DNA of 62,869 nucleotides, filler included, from Octopus bimaculoides (lineage: Eukaryota): NCBI RefSeq assembly GCF_001194135.2. It is 3 parts of 3 records of this genome, joined end to end, with 100 filler letters (N's around TTAATTAATTAA, not from the genome) between each part and the next. Parts side by side here need not be neighbours in the genome. Positions count along the whole stretch, not along the records: positions 53,994 to 62,869 come from NC_068999.1; 2 more parts are not named here. One strand, written 5' to 3'. This document shows positions 62,436 to 62,869 of the stretch, one piece after another. The stretch's first letter is position 1. Each line of letters opens with the position of its first letter. The notes beneath the pieces were generated by a model. That model searched no databases, had not been told where the DNA came from, and saw nothing but the letters and a program-made list of their open reading frames with translations. The position numbers were made by a program, and so were the translations under genes.

Positions 62436-62490
62436 CATCATTCTTATTCTTATTGTTTCTTCGCCATTTTGAGGGACGCCACCCGCGTTC
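62245..62490 (-). other. Candidate first exon of a minus-strand gene (5' UTR plus ATG-AAA-GAG, phase-0 donor)
   Basis: Consensus donor GAG|GTGAGT (GT at 62244-62243). ATG at 62253 with A at -3. YY1-like cgccatttt at 62462-62470, local CpG cluster, ccaat at about 62503. The 5' end is an estimate. Confidence 0.45.
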
Positions 62491-62837
62491 AACTTAAGTG
62501 GTCCAATGTTGTTTTCCTTTTCCCTTTGTTTTTTTTTCTTGTTTATTATTATTATTATTATTATTGCTATTTGTTTTGTGTTTGTTATCACACAATTCAC
62601 TCTTCGCTTCTCTTTACACTTGTTATCGTCGGAAATATAGAATCGCATTCTATAATTTCATTTTTTTGTTTGTTTTGCCCCCTTTTATTTTCGTGCTCTT
62701 TTGTTGTTTTATATTTACATACAGAAACTGCGATAAATATCTTTATACATACATATATACATACATACCTACACACACACACACACACATACACACTCAC
62801 ATATATGTATATATGTGTTAGCATATGTATGCATAAA

Positions 62838-62869
<32 letters not shown>

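Overview
AT-rich, repeat-dense animal genomic DNA with many N-gaps. The repeat landscape (tRNA-derived SINEs, RTE LINE tails ending in (GAT)n, very abundant microsatellites) suggests an octopus-type cephalopod genome; this is inference, not proof. No complete protein-coding gene can be supported. Nearly all ORFs in the track come from microsatellites, a 19/57-bp minisatellite, or decayed transposons: RTE-clade and R4/Dong-clade LINEs, Tc1/mariner remnants, and hAT- and piggyBac-type MITEs. SINE family labels A, B, C, E and tail family D are my own working labels. Two identical 100-bp artificial spacers (44N-TTAATTAATTAA-44N) split the window into three joined segments. The most notable signal is a set of hammerhead-ribozyme (HHR) motifs of the Penelope-like/retrozyme type. 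One has an intact catalytic core (minus strand, 293-364) and lies inside an inverted-repeat-bounded element. Three more are variant or decayed (24397-24432, 49706-49743, 55856-55923). Other leads are a textbook CCAAT-GC-TATA-Inr core promoter inside a dead LINE (20721-20816), a pre-miRNA-sized hairpin (54720-54780), and a probable first exon of a minus-strand gene at the right end (about 62245-62490) carrying a YY1-like motif, uORFs and a hairpin.
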